The notes below the pieces were generated by a model. The model made no database searches. It had not been told where the DNA came from and saw nothing but the letters and a program-made list of their open reading frames with translations. From a virus (taxonomy: Duplodnaviria; Caudoviricetes): a stretch of 53,766 nt of DNA. Shown piece after piece: positions 29,129 to 38,171 of this stretch. Position numbers and translations under genes: made by a program. How positions within the stretch are numbered: the first letter of the stretch is position 1; each line of letters starts with the position of its first letter. The DNA lies in IMG/VR virus record IMGVR_UViG_3300018080_000225, positions 1-53,766 of that record; one strand, given 5' to 3'.

Positions 29129-29621
29129 CTAAAATATGTGTACCTTTTACGAGGAAATACTCTTCTTTGTCTTGACGAAATAATCCAATTTGTTCAGGAT
29201 CATCATCAGGTGAATGTAGTACAAAGAAACGGCCTATAGGTAACAAGCCATCCGAAGTTGATTGCTTATAAATCTCATACCACAAGATTGCGACAAGATG
29301 TGGTACCCACATGATAATACGCCAATTATCTGTGCAACCAAAGTTGAATTCCTCACCTTGGAACACTCGACGACGTGTAAAGACTGTACACTCACACATT
29401 AGAAGCTGGCCACCACAACAAGGGCATTTTTCTGCATCACAACCATAATGATGGTAGTGTTTGCCATCATTTAATCTACCACAATCATGGCAACGTCCTG
29501 TTTCTGAATCATCAAAAATGGACTCGACACAACGACGTACATCGGAACCATTTATGATAAGTGTTTCCTGAGTACAACCATCGGCAGTAATCATCTCTTG
29601 ATTACAATCAGGACAGATCAT
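29121..29621 (-). CDS. Cys/His-rich zinc-binding protein
   Basis: Likely start MICPDC after GGAGG; RCHDCG...HHYGCD.EKCPCCGGQL..CEC. Confidence 0.6.
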   Translation of the reverse strand: MICPDCNQEMITADGCTQETLIINGSDVRRCVESIFDDSETGRCHDCGRLNDGKHYHHYGCDAEKCPCCGGQLLMCECTVFTRRRVFQGEEFNFGCTDNWRIIMWVPHLVAILWYEIYKQSTSDGLLPIGRFFVLHSPDDDPEQIGLFRQDKEEYFLVKGTHILVD

Positions 29622-30648
29622 ATTTCCTCCAAAACTTAGCCTCACGCGGCTTACCATCTTTGGTAGTTGTACGATAGCAAAATGTAACAGATGAACCACG
29701 AGGGAACGTCTTATTCATAATCCAAGCTGGTGCAATTTCACCTGGATGTTCACGAGCATACTCAGTCATGTGCATAGCATCGAATTCACGTTCTTCATCT
29801 GTGAATCCACTGAGATCAAATACGTGAGTTGTACGCTTCTTAGGGTGAATCCACTCAACAGTCATGGCTCCCATTTTACCTAAGAGTTTGCTACCACGAT
29901 CAGTTTCTCGACCGAATGTGTACCCAAGCACCGTGGCTTCACTGTCAAATATCTTCTTGAGTTTGAGTAAATCCCAAGAGCGTTCCGGGGACCAACAAGA
30001 ACCTCCAGCCCGAAGCATAATACCTTCACCACCTTGTTTTGTAAGTTCTACAAGTTCATCGTCAACTAGGTAGCCCCAATCACCATCCCAATGGTCTTGT
30101 GGGTGATATAAATCAGGATATTCATCACGTAACCGTTTACGAGTCCAAACAAACTGATGGCTGCTGCTCCAAGGAACACCGGCTGCATGTGCCCATTCAA
30201 ACATTTGATCGTGTAGTTCCTCAGAAATTGGTAATGTTACAATCGGATTATTGATCAATCCTGGTGCCCATACATCCTCTAATCCGGGGATGTCGAAGCA
30301 TTTGTATCCTACGGTTGCCCATTTAGCAGGATCAGGGTTGTGTTTCTTCACAATTGAAACAAGTTCTTGAAATCTGTTGCGACCAAGCCATAATTCACCA
30401 TCCAAAGGTACAGGCGGAAGGCTATTCAGCCATGAAGCAGGTGCATAAATGATCTTACCATAGCGTGACCACAAACCAGTGGCAACTAAGCCTTTGGTAA
30501 AACGAGGCATCTTCCCTCGCGTGACACCGCCATCCCAAAAGGCCCGCATACCATCGAGTTTTTCGGACTTGAACCATGTCTCGCTTTTGAATGTTCGTGC
30601 CTGTTTGTCACAATCATGGGCAAGCATTAGGAATTCACGTTTCGCCAT
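29608..30648 (-). CDS. ATP-dependent DNA ligase
   Basis: SEKLDGMR (motif I), LDGELW, FDIP, GEGIMLR and LLKLK motifs; C-terminal OB-fold region. Confidence 0.92.
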   Translation of the reverse strand: MAKREFLMLAHDCDKQARTFKSETWFKSEKLDGMRAFWDGGVTRGKMPRFTKGLVATGLWSRYGKIIYAPASWLNSLPPVPLDGELWLGRNRFQELVSIVKKHNPDPAKWATVGYKCFDIPGLEDVWAPGLINNPIVTLPISEELHDQMFEWAHAAGVPWSSSHQFVWTRKRLRDEYPDLYHPQDHWDGDWGYLVDDELVELTKQGGEGIMLRAGGSCWSPERSWDLLKLKKIFDSEATVLGYTFGRETDRGSKLLGKMGAMTVEWIHPKKRTTHVFDLSGFTDEEREFDAMHMTEYAREHPGEIAPAWIMNKTFPRGSSVTFCYRTTTKDGKPREAKFWRKYDLS

Positions 30649-30906
30649 TATTTTGGTTCCTCCACGTACTCAACCTTACAAGTTGGGTATGCTGTTTGAA
30701 GTAAGGCGTAAATCGCATATTCCTTACCTTCTTTGAATTGACAAGCATTGACAGGTGACATAGACTACGTCATAAATCTTACAATGTCAGATAATAGAAG
30801 ATCACACATATCGCCGTCAAGATGATCAGGCCAACCAGCAAAGTAACGTGGGCCTTCTTGTACACCATCTGCTCTTCTCGGTGTTGTAGCTTTAATAATA
30901 CGCATA

Positions 30907-31482
30907 TTAGAGACTCCTTATCCCGATTACTTCACCTGTATCATCGGAATATAAGTCGCCCCAATTCTGTTTGTCAAAGATCTTGTGAGCATGGCGTTTC
31001 ATGCGAGCCATAGCTGCACGAATCATAGGCATATTGCCAAGGAAGCTATCGGCTCGGAACTCATCGCTTGGTACCAATATTTCTTTTTCGTGGACTGCGT
31101 TGCACTTGTTACAATTTTCAAGACACAAGATCAAAAGCACCTTGAATCTATACTCGATATTACGAGTATGTTTGGTAGGTTTGACCTGATTAGTGGTAAA
31201 TATATATCGGGGCACAATTTCCAAATGCCCTTTTACATTGTGAAACATTTGTTCTTGATATGCATCTTGTTCACGGACAAGCCAGAAATCAAGGTCTGCG
31301 TTGGTAAGATACATATGATCTTTCCACCCAATCTTCAATCCTACTCGGATACGATCAGGTGTGCGTTTCCACCGCTTGATCGAGCAAACGCGTCCTCGAA
31401 CTGGTGTACCATCGGCATTCTTAGCGCGAAGATGGTATACCGTTTGCCCATATGCTACTTGTTTTGCTTCTTTGAGTGTCAT
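30907..31482 (-). CDS. Hypothetical protein
   Basis: 191 aa, ATGA-coupled; NADGTP.R.RV..K.WK..PDRI.V motif. Confidence 0.6.
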   Translation of the reverse strand: MTLKEAKQVAYGQTVYHLRAKNADGTPVRGRVCSIKRWKRTPDRIRVGLKIGWKDHMYLTNADLDFWLVREQDAYQEQMFHNVKGHLEIVPRYIFTTNQVKPTKHTRNIEYRFKVLLILCLENCNKCNAVHEKEILVPSDEFRADSFLGNMPMIRAAMARMKRHAHKIFDKQNWGDLYSDDTGEVIGIRSL

Positions 31483-32284
31483 GTCTTTATTCTCCCATAA
31501 TCATCAAGATCACGCTCGACGATTCTTGTTTCAATTTCCAATGCATCCTGTACAAGATCCCAGGCTTGGCGAAGAGGCTCTACGGGCACACCAACTTCGT
31601 ACTCACAAGCACAAGCCAAGCCCATGAGAAATGCAGTTCTCTCTTGTCGGGTGAGGAATTGTTTTGCCAATGGAATTCCTCGCCCTATTGCTTGTACTAT
31701 AACTTGCGTTTTCATAGTTCAACCTCCATGTCATTGGGGTCATACAATGGGCAATTAAGTTTTTGTGCAGCTACAGTAGCCATATGACGTGCTTCTTCTC
31801 GTTTGAAGATAACCGAGAGCTTCCCAAAAGATGGTCTTTGTGGCTGTTCAATAAAGAACCAATAACGACCGATTCCTTGAGGGTGATGAAACTCGTAATT
31901 GATCGTAAGAGGGGTAATGTCTATATGAACTTCTAAGTACCCACCATTTCGTAGTTGGAAATGGCTGAGTACATGTTCAATTACAGCAATAACCTCGGAT
32001 TGAAAGTTAATCGCCATCAGCCTCACCATCTTGAGATACGATCTGGAGACCCATATATGTCTCACCTTTCCGCCGACCGAATTCGACGACTTTAGGGATT
32101 TCATTGAAGCGCAGTTCAGGGAATGCCTTACTCATGTAGTTGTTGAGCGCCTTGTTATTCCGACAGCGGACACGGCCATGGCGCACAAGTTTCACGAGAA
32201 CCCATGCCAACCCAACCATACTCTTTTCGGTAATTGCCTGACCCAGTTCTTGTCTCATTTCTTTTGGTTCGTAGATTGTAGCCA

Positions 32285-32866
32285 TTATAAGATCCTTTCC
32301 AATCCAAGTTTGCACTTACCCAAGAATTCGGACCTCCATCCATGGAGTTTGTTTTTCAAGAGTAGGCATACTGCGTCACCAGTCCCCTCATATACCTCAT
32401 CAATGGCGTTCTCTAACAAGATAAAGGCTTCCTGCACTTTGATGCTTGTCTCTAGTGCGAGTTTGCATTGTGCTCGTTGAATACCTTTTTCTTCAAGTAG
32501 GCATTCCAAAGTATAGGTCGAGAGGAATTTTGTAACTGTTGCAAGATCCAAAGCAGCCAAAGCAGCTTGGGCTTGTTCTGGTGGGGTAAGGTTGCGACCC
32601 TCGAAGGGGAAGGCACGTTCCCATACGATATCGGGAATTTGTGTGGGGCGAACGAAGGCGACTTTCTTACCATCAGGGATCTTGTGAATACGGAATCCCC
32701 GGCAATCGTCTGTAGGCGAATCACCAAACTTGTCAATAATACAAACAAGTCCACGTTTCGCGGTATCAGGCAATTGAATAAATAGTGCCTCGTTGAGTTG
32801 TTCCGCACGAAATGAATCTGCTAAAGGAATCTCGGCGGGACGAATGATTAAATCTCCTTGCTCCAT
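32285..32866 (-). CDS. Hypothetical protein
   Basis: AAGGAG RBS; first gene after the promoter at 32965. Confidence 0.65.
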   Translation of the reverse strand: MEQGDLIIRPAEIPLADSFRAEQLNEALFIQLPDTAKRGLVCIIDKFGDSPTDDCRGFRIHKIPDGKKVAFVRPTQIPDIVWERAFPFEGRNLTPPEQAQAALAALDLATVTKFLSTYTLECLLEEKGIQRAQCKLALETSIKVQEAFILLENAIDEVYEGTGDAVCLLLKNKLHGWRSEFLGKCKLGLERIL

Positions 32867-32964
32867 GATCTTGCTCCTTTTCTCTGTGGTCTACCGACCG
32901 TCAATTGTAACATTACAAGAGCTATCAGGTTATTTAACCCTAAATGCTCTCTTATTGTAGTACC

Positions 32965-32993
32965 ATTATATCAAATTTAGAGGCTTATGTCAA
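32965..32993 (-). promoter_or_regulatory. Consensus sigma70 promoter
   Basis: TTGACA-17-TATAAT with TGn. Confidence 0.8.
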
Positions 32994-34269
32994 GTATTAC
33001 TTTGTCACCAAAATCTGGGCCATATGATTTATACTTCACTGGTATATTCAAGCCTTGTTCAAGAGCAAAGCACATATCATTTTCATCAAAGATATCATGA
33101 ATATAGATCGGTTCGACATTATTCATAAGATCTTTTGTTAATTGTGCTTGAGTTTCAAGGTCTGGTTCTTCACCAGGAAGTAAAATACCGTATTGCTCAC
33201 CGGTATCTTTTTGCTTATAACCTCCACAAATTTGGAGAGCTTGATGCTGGAAAATATCAAGGTGTGTAACCGCAAGATAGTGAAATGGTGCTTCATAATT
33301 GGCGGCCATAACAGCATATTTCCATAAGACAAGATCAGGCCATCCGAACCGGAAGTGCTGTTGCCATTTATTACTACAATTCACTTCATGTGGGTGAAAG
33401 ATATTTTCTGGTTTTGTTTCAGTAACCAAGGGTCCAGCCCCATGTCTTGTCATATATGATCTTACTACCCCCATAATCTCTACATTACCATAGAGGCTAG
33501 GTATACTTTCATTGATCACATCGGCTACATTTGTAGGGATAATTGTAGACCAAGTTGTATATGGATGGAAGCCATACCATTCATCTAAAAGCACTCCTTG
33601 AGCACCCTCAAAAATAACGGAGCCATCGATTGTAGGTTTTGCAATTTGTAGAGCCGATGCAATTTTAGAATAATTTTTCGCAAGATTTGCTGGCTCTTTT
33701 GAGTCAGAGAATCTTTGATAAGGTGTAACGTCAACACCCATGGAGCGACATTCTTGGAGCCTATGTTCTTGGATTCGGTGTAATTTGTCTTCACAATAGT
33801 TAAGTTCCCAAGCACGAATTACGCTTCCTGAACTATTTACAAGATCAGAACCAAGCTCACCAATGCCTTTACCACAAGATCCATGGCGATTTTTGCCACG
33901 ATGCATCTCTTTAGCTCGATTAGCCCATACATGAAAAGGTGTGATAATAGGAGTATCAGGATCAATCCAAATTTTATCTAAAGGTTTGCTTACACCTTTT
34001 TCTTGGAGTATGGTTGCCTCTTCTATGAGACTGATTGGGTTGAATAATACATGCCTGGAAAGATATGTTTTAACATTTGGCCGTTGTGATCCTGAACCAA
34101 ATTGTGAAAAGCAATGTTTGAATTCCCCATTTTTAACATTATGCCCGCATTGTGCCCCACCATTATAACGGATGACCCAATTTGTTTCACGTTCATGCAC
34201 CAAAAAATCGGTCATGGTGCCTTTACCAGAATCACCAAAACCAAGGTCAATTACTACGATCCCATCCAT
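32977..34269 (-). CDS. Adenylosuccinate synthetase-like protein (divergent PurA family)
   Basis: Start MDGIVVID at 34269 (AAGGAG). GFGDSGKG, RYNGGAQCGHNV, HGSCGKGIG, FEGAQGVLLD, HPYTT, YMTRHGAGP, RFGWPD and THLD motifs. Confidence 0.88.
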   Translation of the reverse strand: MDGIVVIDLGFGDSGKGTMTDFLVHERETNWVIRYNGGAQCGHNVKNGEFKHCFSQFGSGSQRPNVKTYLSRHVLFNPISLIEEATILQEKGVSKPLDKIWIDPDTPIITPFHVWANRAKEMHRGKNRHGSCGKGIGELGSDLVNSSGSVIRAWELNYCEDKLHRIQEHRLQECRSMGVDVTPYQRFSDSKEPANLAKNYSKIASALQIAKPTIDGSVIFEGAQGVLLDEWYGFHPYTTWSTIIPTNVADVINESIPSLYGNVEIMGVVRSYMTRHGAGPLVTETKPENIFHPHEVNCSNKWQQHFRFGWPDLVLWKYAVMAANYEAPFHYLAVTHLDIFQHQALQICGGYKQKDTGEQYGILLPGEEPDLETQAQLTKDLMNNVEPIYIHDIFDENDMCFALEQGLNIPVKYKSYGPDFGDKVILDISL

Positions 34270-34364
34270 TACATGTCTCCTTTTAGAGTGTGGGTGGGCC
34301 AGAGGAAGGGAAGAACCCTGACCCACCCTAGGCGCTCGATGAGGGTCGAGCAAACCTTGTAAAA

Positions 34365-35387
34365 TTACAACCGTTCACGCCCTTCTGAGCTTCCGGTTTC
34401 AATGTCGGTACTCACTGATCCTGCTTCTACTGGAACCAATGAACCTGTTGCACTTGCTGCGTTTTCTATGCCCGCAGCACCTTTGGCCCGTAACAATTCA
34501 ACCATTTCGGATTCATCGACACCAATCAAACGACTCACAGCCATAACCATTGTCGTAATGATCGCGTCGGTTTCGGGAACCTCGAAAACGTGTTCAGGGT
34601 TGCCACCAGCTTGCATCAAGAGATCTTGCCATTGCTTCGTGATATCATGATTTGAGCCATGGTTTGTGTGTAATGGACGGATGATAAACACATGATAACG
34701 CTCAAGTGTTTGCTTCACGGCGTCCAACATAGGAACTTCGGCTTGTAACACATCTCCGAAAACGCTCTCGGCAATGTCGGGCGACGTGCCATATTTCGTG
34801 TAATCTCGACGATCAAAGTAGGGTTCTTCATCACAGATCAAGAACGCAAAACCTTTTTCATCATTGGTGTCGAAACATTCGAGTTTCGTGTGATTTGCCA
34901 AGGCGTAGAAGAACAGGTGATAAGACTCCCCCATATTCCCTCCACCACGATAGGGAATGATCATTTCATTCAAGGCTTCAACGAGTTTCTCTGCCTCAAT
35001 CTCAAATTGGCTCATTTGAAATGCTGCGTTTTTCATTACTGTTTCATCGTCAAATGCAATGAACATCACGTTTGGATGATCGGAAACTTCTTTTTCTACG
35101 ATCAAATCGATGAGTTTTGGAAGTTCCGTTTGAATATGACCAGGAACCTGATGCATTGATCCTGTAGCATCGATCCCTATTACAATAGGCGTCGCATCAT
35201 CGAATCCATCGACATAACACGATTCACGCATCCCATCTTTCAACTTCTTGGGATCAAGAATCTCAGCAATGTCATCGAATCTTCCGGTTGATCTTGCCGT
35301 TGAAGCACGGCTAAATAGCTTGTCATCTGCTGCCAAGCTATCAACAGTACTACAATACTTGGTACTTGAATATGAACCTCCGCCCAT
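34365..35387 (-). CDS. vWA domain protein (MGGG-start family)
   Basis: MIDAS motif DATGSM; QMSQFE, GGGN.GESY and ICDE motifs. Confidence 0.85.
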   Translation of the reverse strand: MGGGSYSSTKYCSTVDSLAADDKLFSRASTARSTGRFDDIAEILDPKKLKDGMRESCYVDGFDDATPIVIGIDATGSMHQVPGHIQTELPKLIDLIVEKEVSDHPNVMFIAFDDETVMKNAAFQMSQFEIEAEKLVEALNEMIIPYRGGGNMGESYHLFFYALANHTKLECFDTNDEKGFAFLICDEEPYFDRRDYTKYGTSPDIAESVFGDVLQAEVPMLDAVKQTLERYHVFIIRPLHTNHGSNHDITKQWQDLLMQAGGNPEHVFEVPETDAIITTMVMAVSRLIGVDESEMVELLRAKGAAGIENAASATGSLVPVEAGSVSTDIETGSSEGRERL

Positions 35388-35503
35388 TAGTCACCCTCTT
35401 CCGTTCGACAATGGGCACAAGTACACGGCTTATCATTGTCTGGTTTTTCAACCTGCTCAGCTGCCTTAGCTGCATCGGTTGTATTTCCTGCTGGTGCTCC
35501 CAT
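35387..35503 (-). CDS. 38-aa peptide with CxCxxC, coupled to the vWA gene (not in ORF track)
   Basis: AAGGAG RBS; MGAPAGNTTDAAKAAEQVEKPDNDKPCTCAHCRTEEGD*; TAATG overlap. Confidence 0.55.
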   Translation of the reverse strand: MGAPAGNTTDAAKAAEQVEKPDNDKPCTCAHCRTEEGD

Positions 35504-35559
35504 ATTGATCTCCTTATGTTATGGATACTTACTTTATGTAAGTTTCCTGATTACCTTAA

Positions 35560-36296
35560 CTAATTTGGACAGAAGGAATGCTGGTAAACAGACAAACCAA
35601 AATACACCACAAATAACCAAGAGACAGGCAACCCAAACAGGCTCAACAGACCATCAATTGCTCCATCAATGGCAAAAGTAACCATTGTAATACCAGCTCC
35701 GATCAAATACCAAGTAAACATAATATTTTCCCTATATTCCAACCGATTGTAACACTTACAATCAAAAGAATCATAACAGTATAAAGGTGTTTCGGCCCTG
35801 TTGCTTTGTAATAGTAAATGCAGATCAATGCACCAGTGATGTATAATAGACACCACCATGCAACAAGCCAAGGAATTACGAATAGCAAAGTCATACTATC
35901 TCCTTTTGTAACTACAGATCAAAAGACCTATAGCACAAGGCAAACCAACAGGCCAAAGAACGGCAGCTACCCATGCAATTATTCCATAAAGAAATACCCC
36001 ATCACCACTATCTATTGGGCCTTCAAGCAAACGAACAACTAACATGCTAAATAAGAATGTAAAAACGGCTCCTGTTACATAGAAGTAAAAGTCCATTACG
36101 TATTTCCTTTGAAAATAAGATGACCAATAGCCAAGAAAACAAAACCAATAGGGCCAAGAAATGCAGCAACCCCTATTGCCATTGTTAACATAACTAAATC
36201 ATCTTTACCAGGATTATCCGAATACTCGTTAACTAGGTATACACCATAAGCTATTGTTCCAATTATACATATAATGTATGTTAATACAGTCATCAT
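35560..36296 (-). CDS. Four small membrane proteins (35560-35721, 35703-35894, 35896-36096, 36096-36296)
   Basis: Each 53-66 aa with about two hydrophobic segments; tightly packed or overlapping. Confidence 0.65.
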
Positions 36297-37369
36297 GTTG
36301 ACATCTCCAATGGTTCAAATTGCGGCTTACCGAATACTTGTTTTTGGACCTCACGAAATGTAATCGAAGCACCCATTGCAGTGAATGGGCGGAATCTACG
36401 TTTTGGTTGAATACAATGATGTAAGAACTCAACAATTGGCTCTTCAAGCTCAAGACAAAAGTAATCGCCTCGTGCAAGAGACAAAAGACATTTTGCCGCT
36501 GCATAAATATCACAAGAAGGTAAGCAAATATGATTTTTCGTTGCTTCTGGTGCAAGAAAATCTTTATTACCTATATAGAGCATTGGCTTATCTGCATTTG
36601 TCCAATCGATTACTTGACCAAGATGCTTTTCGGCATGGATAATCACATGATGTGGGGTTACACAATTATGTGATATTTTTTGACTGTGAGCGATGGACAA
36701 TGACTCGAATATACGATTACCAATGAAACAGATTTGACGGGAATTAAGGCCATTGGGATGTGCTTTTGTAATTTGTTCAAGGTTGTACCAACCTGACTCA
36801 TAACCAGGTGGTTGAACAAATACGATCATTTTCTTCCCATTCTTATGTCGAATTGTTTCCAAGATTTTTGGTAATAACAATTGCATGTTAGCACCTTCCA
36901 TCTGAGGGAATGGCTTGAGAGCTTCGGTAAAGATTTTCAAGGTTTGAATTTCACGTTCGAGAAGATCATTGTCCGCTTTGGAATGAGGAATCTTAACTAT
37001 GCCAGAAACGTAGCAGTCACGTTTCTTTTCATAGATCTTAGTTGAGAATACACCACAAGTTTGACCTGTATGGATTTGCTCAAGATCATGATACTCATAG
37101 CGACGTGTCTCGAAAGATTGTATTTTGACAGGTTCATCTGTTTGCCAAGTACCCTTAGCAAATTTCCTTTTGGCAATATCCCAAAGATCATTCAATTTTG
37201 CTGAAGCTTGATGAGCAAGTTCGGGATTATCTGGATTGCGATCAGGATGTATCTGTTTTTGAATACGATGATACCAAGGACGTGCTTCATCTTCTGTATT
37301 TCCAAGGAATACGCTTTCTGGCTTATTACATTCCAGAAGAAGTTTGGCAGTAAGCTCAAGCTCAGTCAT
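36293..37369 (-). CDS. J-domain fused to an atypical protein kinase-like domain
   Basis: HPD motif (QIHPDRNPD); IVKIP...LLERE; catalytic loop SHNCVTPHHV without Asp; IDW in place of DFG; LAPE; DIYAAA. Confidence 0.8.
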   Translation of the reverse strand: MTELELTAKLLLECNKPESVFLGNTEDEARPWYHRIQKQIHPDRNPDNPELAHQASAKLNDLWDIAKRKFAKGTWQTDEPVKIQSFETRRYEYHDLEQIHTGQTCGVFSTKIYEKKRDCYVSGIVKIPHSKADNDLLEREIQTLKIFTEALKPFPQMEGANMQLLLPKILETIRHKNGKKMIVFVQPPGYESGWYNLEQITKAHPNGLNSRQICFIGNRIFESLSIAHSQKISHNCVTPHHVIIHAEKHLGQVIDWTNADKPMLYIGNKDFLAPEATKNHICLPSCDIYAAAKCLLSLARGDYFCLELEEPIVEFLHHCIQPKRRFRPFTAMGASITFREVQKQVFGKPQFEPLEMST

Positions 37370-37676
37370 GTTTGGTCCCTTTTAACTGTTCAAGTAGCAG
37401 TTTGATCATATCTTTGTCAAGCTGACCGAGCTTTTGTCCCAATTGTGCAGCATTGTCAAGCTCATAAAATTCTGCATATGTTGTGATATTGCTCCAACAA
37501 AATGCATGTACTCGAAGTCTTTTATGCTTGATACGAATATTGACAAAATCCGATATATCTTCAAGCGTAGAAAAAGCTGCCATAATATGTGACAGAAAAA
37601 CGATATGAGCTTGATTCATATCAACGTCAGTTACTTTATTTGAGCAAAAAGTCATATCTTAATCCATAGTCCCCAT
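37362..37676 (-). pseudogene. Hypothetical gene with early in-frame TAA; may restart at ATG 37655
   Basis: Coupled ATG at 37676 reads MGTMD*DMTFCS; TAA at 37659-37661. Confidence 0.4.
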
Positions 37677-37781
37677 TAGTCAATCCTTATTAGGCCGTGA
37701 GGATAATATTCGAGTTCGACATGATCAAGATCAATATAAGTTGTAAAGAACTCATGACCAAATAGCTTAAAGGCTTTTTCT

Positions 37782-37872
37782 TTGCCTATGGTTTGCTAAG
37801 CAAACCACAACGGGAATCGAACCCGTGACCTCGTCATTATCAGTGAAGTAACCCGATCAACCGCATAGGCAA
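37782..37872 (-). ncRNA. Truncated copy of the YrlA-like RNA, lacking the D-arm
   Basis: 37787-37873 is identical to 38222-38308 over 87 bp. Confidence 0.65.
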
Positions 37873-37875
37873 TGA

Positions 37876-37985
37876 TCTTGTGTTTTATACTGCGGTAACT
37901 AGAATGGCTAGGTCCATTTCATAATCCTAGCGTTCGGTCGCGACATCATGGATCAATCATTGTTACCGCAGTATAAAACACAAGA
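37876..37985. repeat. Perfect 24 bp inverted repeat enclosing 62 nt
   Basis: TCTTGTGTTTTATACTGCGGTAAC / GTTACCGCAGTATAAAACACAAGA; internal GCTAGG/CCTAGC hairpin. Confidence 0.95.
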
Positions 37986-37986
37986 G

Positions 37987-38068
37987 TAGGCGAGGAGGGA
38001 CTTGAACCCTCAAGCCGCAAGAGCAGCGGATTTTAAGTCCGCCGTGTATTCCATTCCACCACTCGCCC
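37987..38068 (-). tRNA. tRNA-Leu(TAA)
   Basis: Acceptor GGGCGAG/CTCGCCT, anticodon arm GCGGA-CTTAAAA-TCCGC, long variable arm, GAGGG-TTCAAGT-CCCTC T-arm; CCA not encoded. Confidence 0.95.
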
Positions 38069-38080
38069 TTACTCAGTTAA

Positions 38081-38164
38081 TCCCTATGATCATAAAGGTC
38101 AGGAAGTGTGGCACAAGGCCACGTTATCAACCAAAATGAAGTATCCCAACCACCCGCATAGGGA
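38081..38164 (-). ncRNA. Short Y RNA-like gene without a tRNA-like domain
   Basis: TCCCTATG-CGG...GGGATACTTC...CCTGACC...AT-CATAGGGA; same terminal stem and TACTTC motif as the adjacent full copy. Confidence 0.6.
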
Positions 38165-38171
38165 AGACTTA

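Noticed and set aside
32977-34269. PurZ and a 2-aminoadenine (Z) genome
   Set aside because: The catalytic Asp is retained (GDSGKG) where PurZ has Ser, and no DatZ- or MazZ-like gene is recognisable in the window.
34365-35387. Ro60/TROVE protein partnering the Y RNAs
   Set aside because: Only a vWA domain with the MIDAS motif near the N-terminus; no large N-terminal TROVE helical region.
37876-37985. Retron msr-msd
   Set aside because: Long flanking inverted repeats are suggestive, but no reverse transcriptase is present and the insert is only 62 nt.
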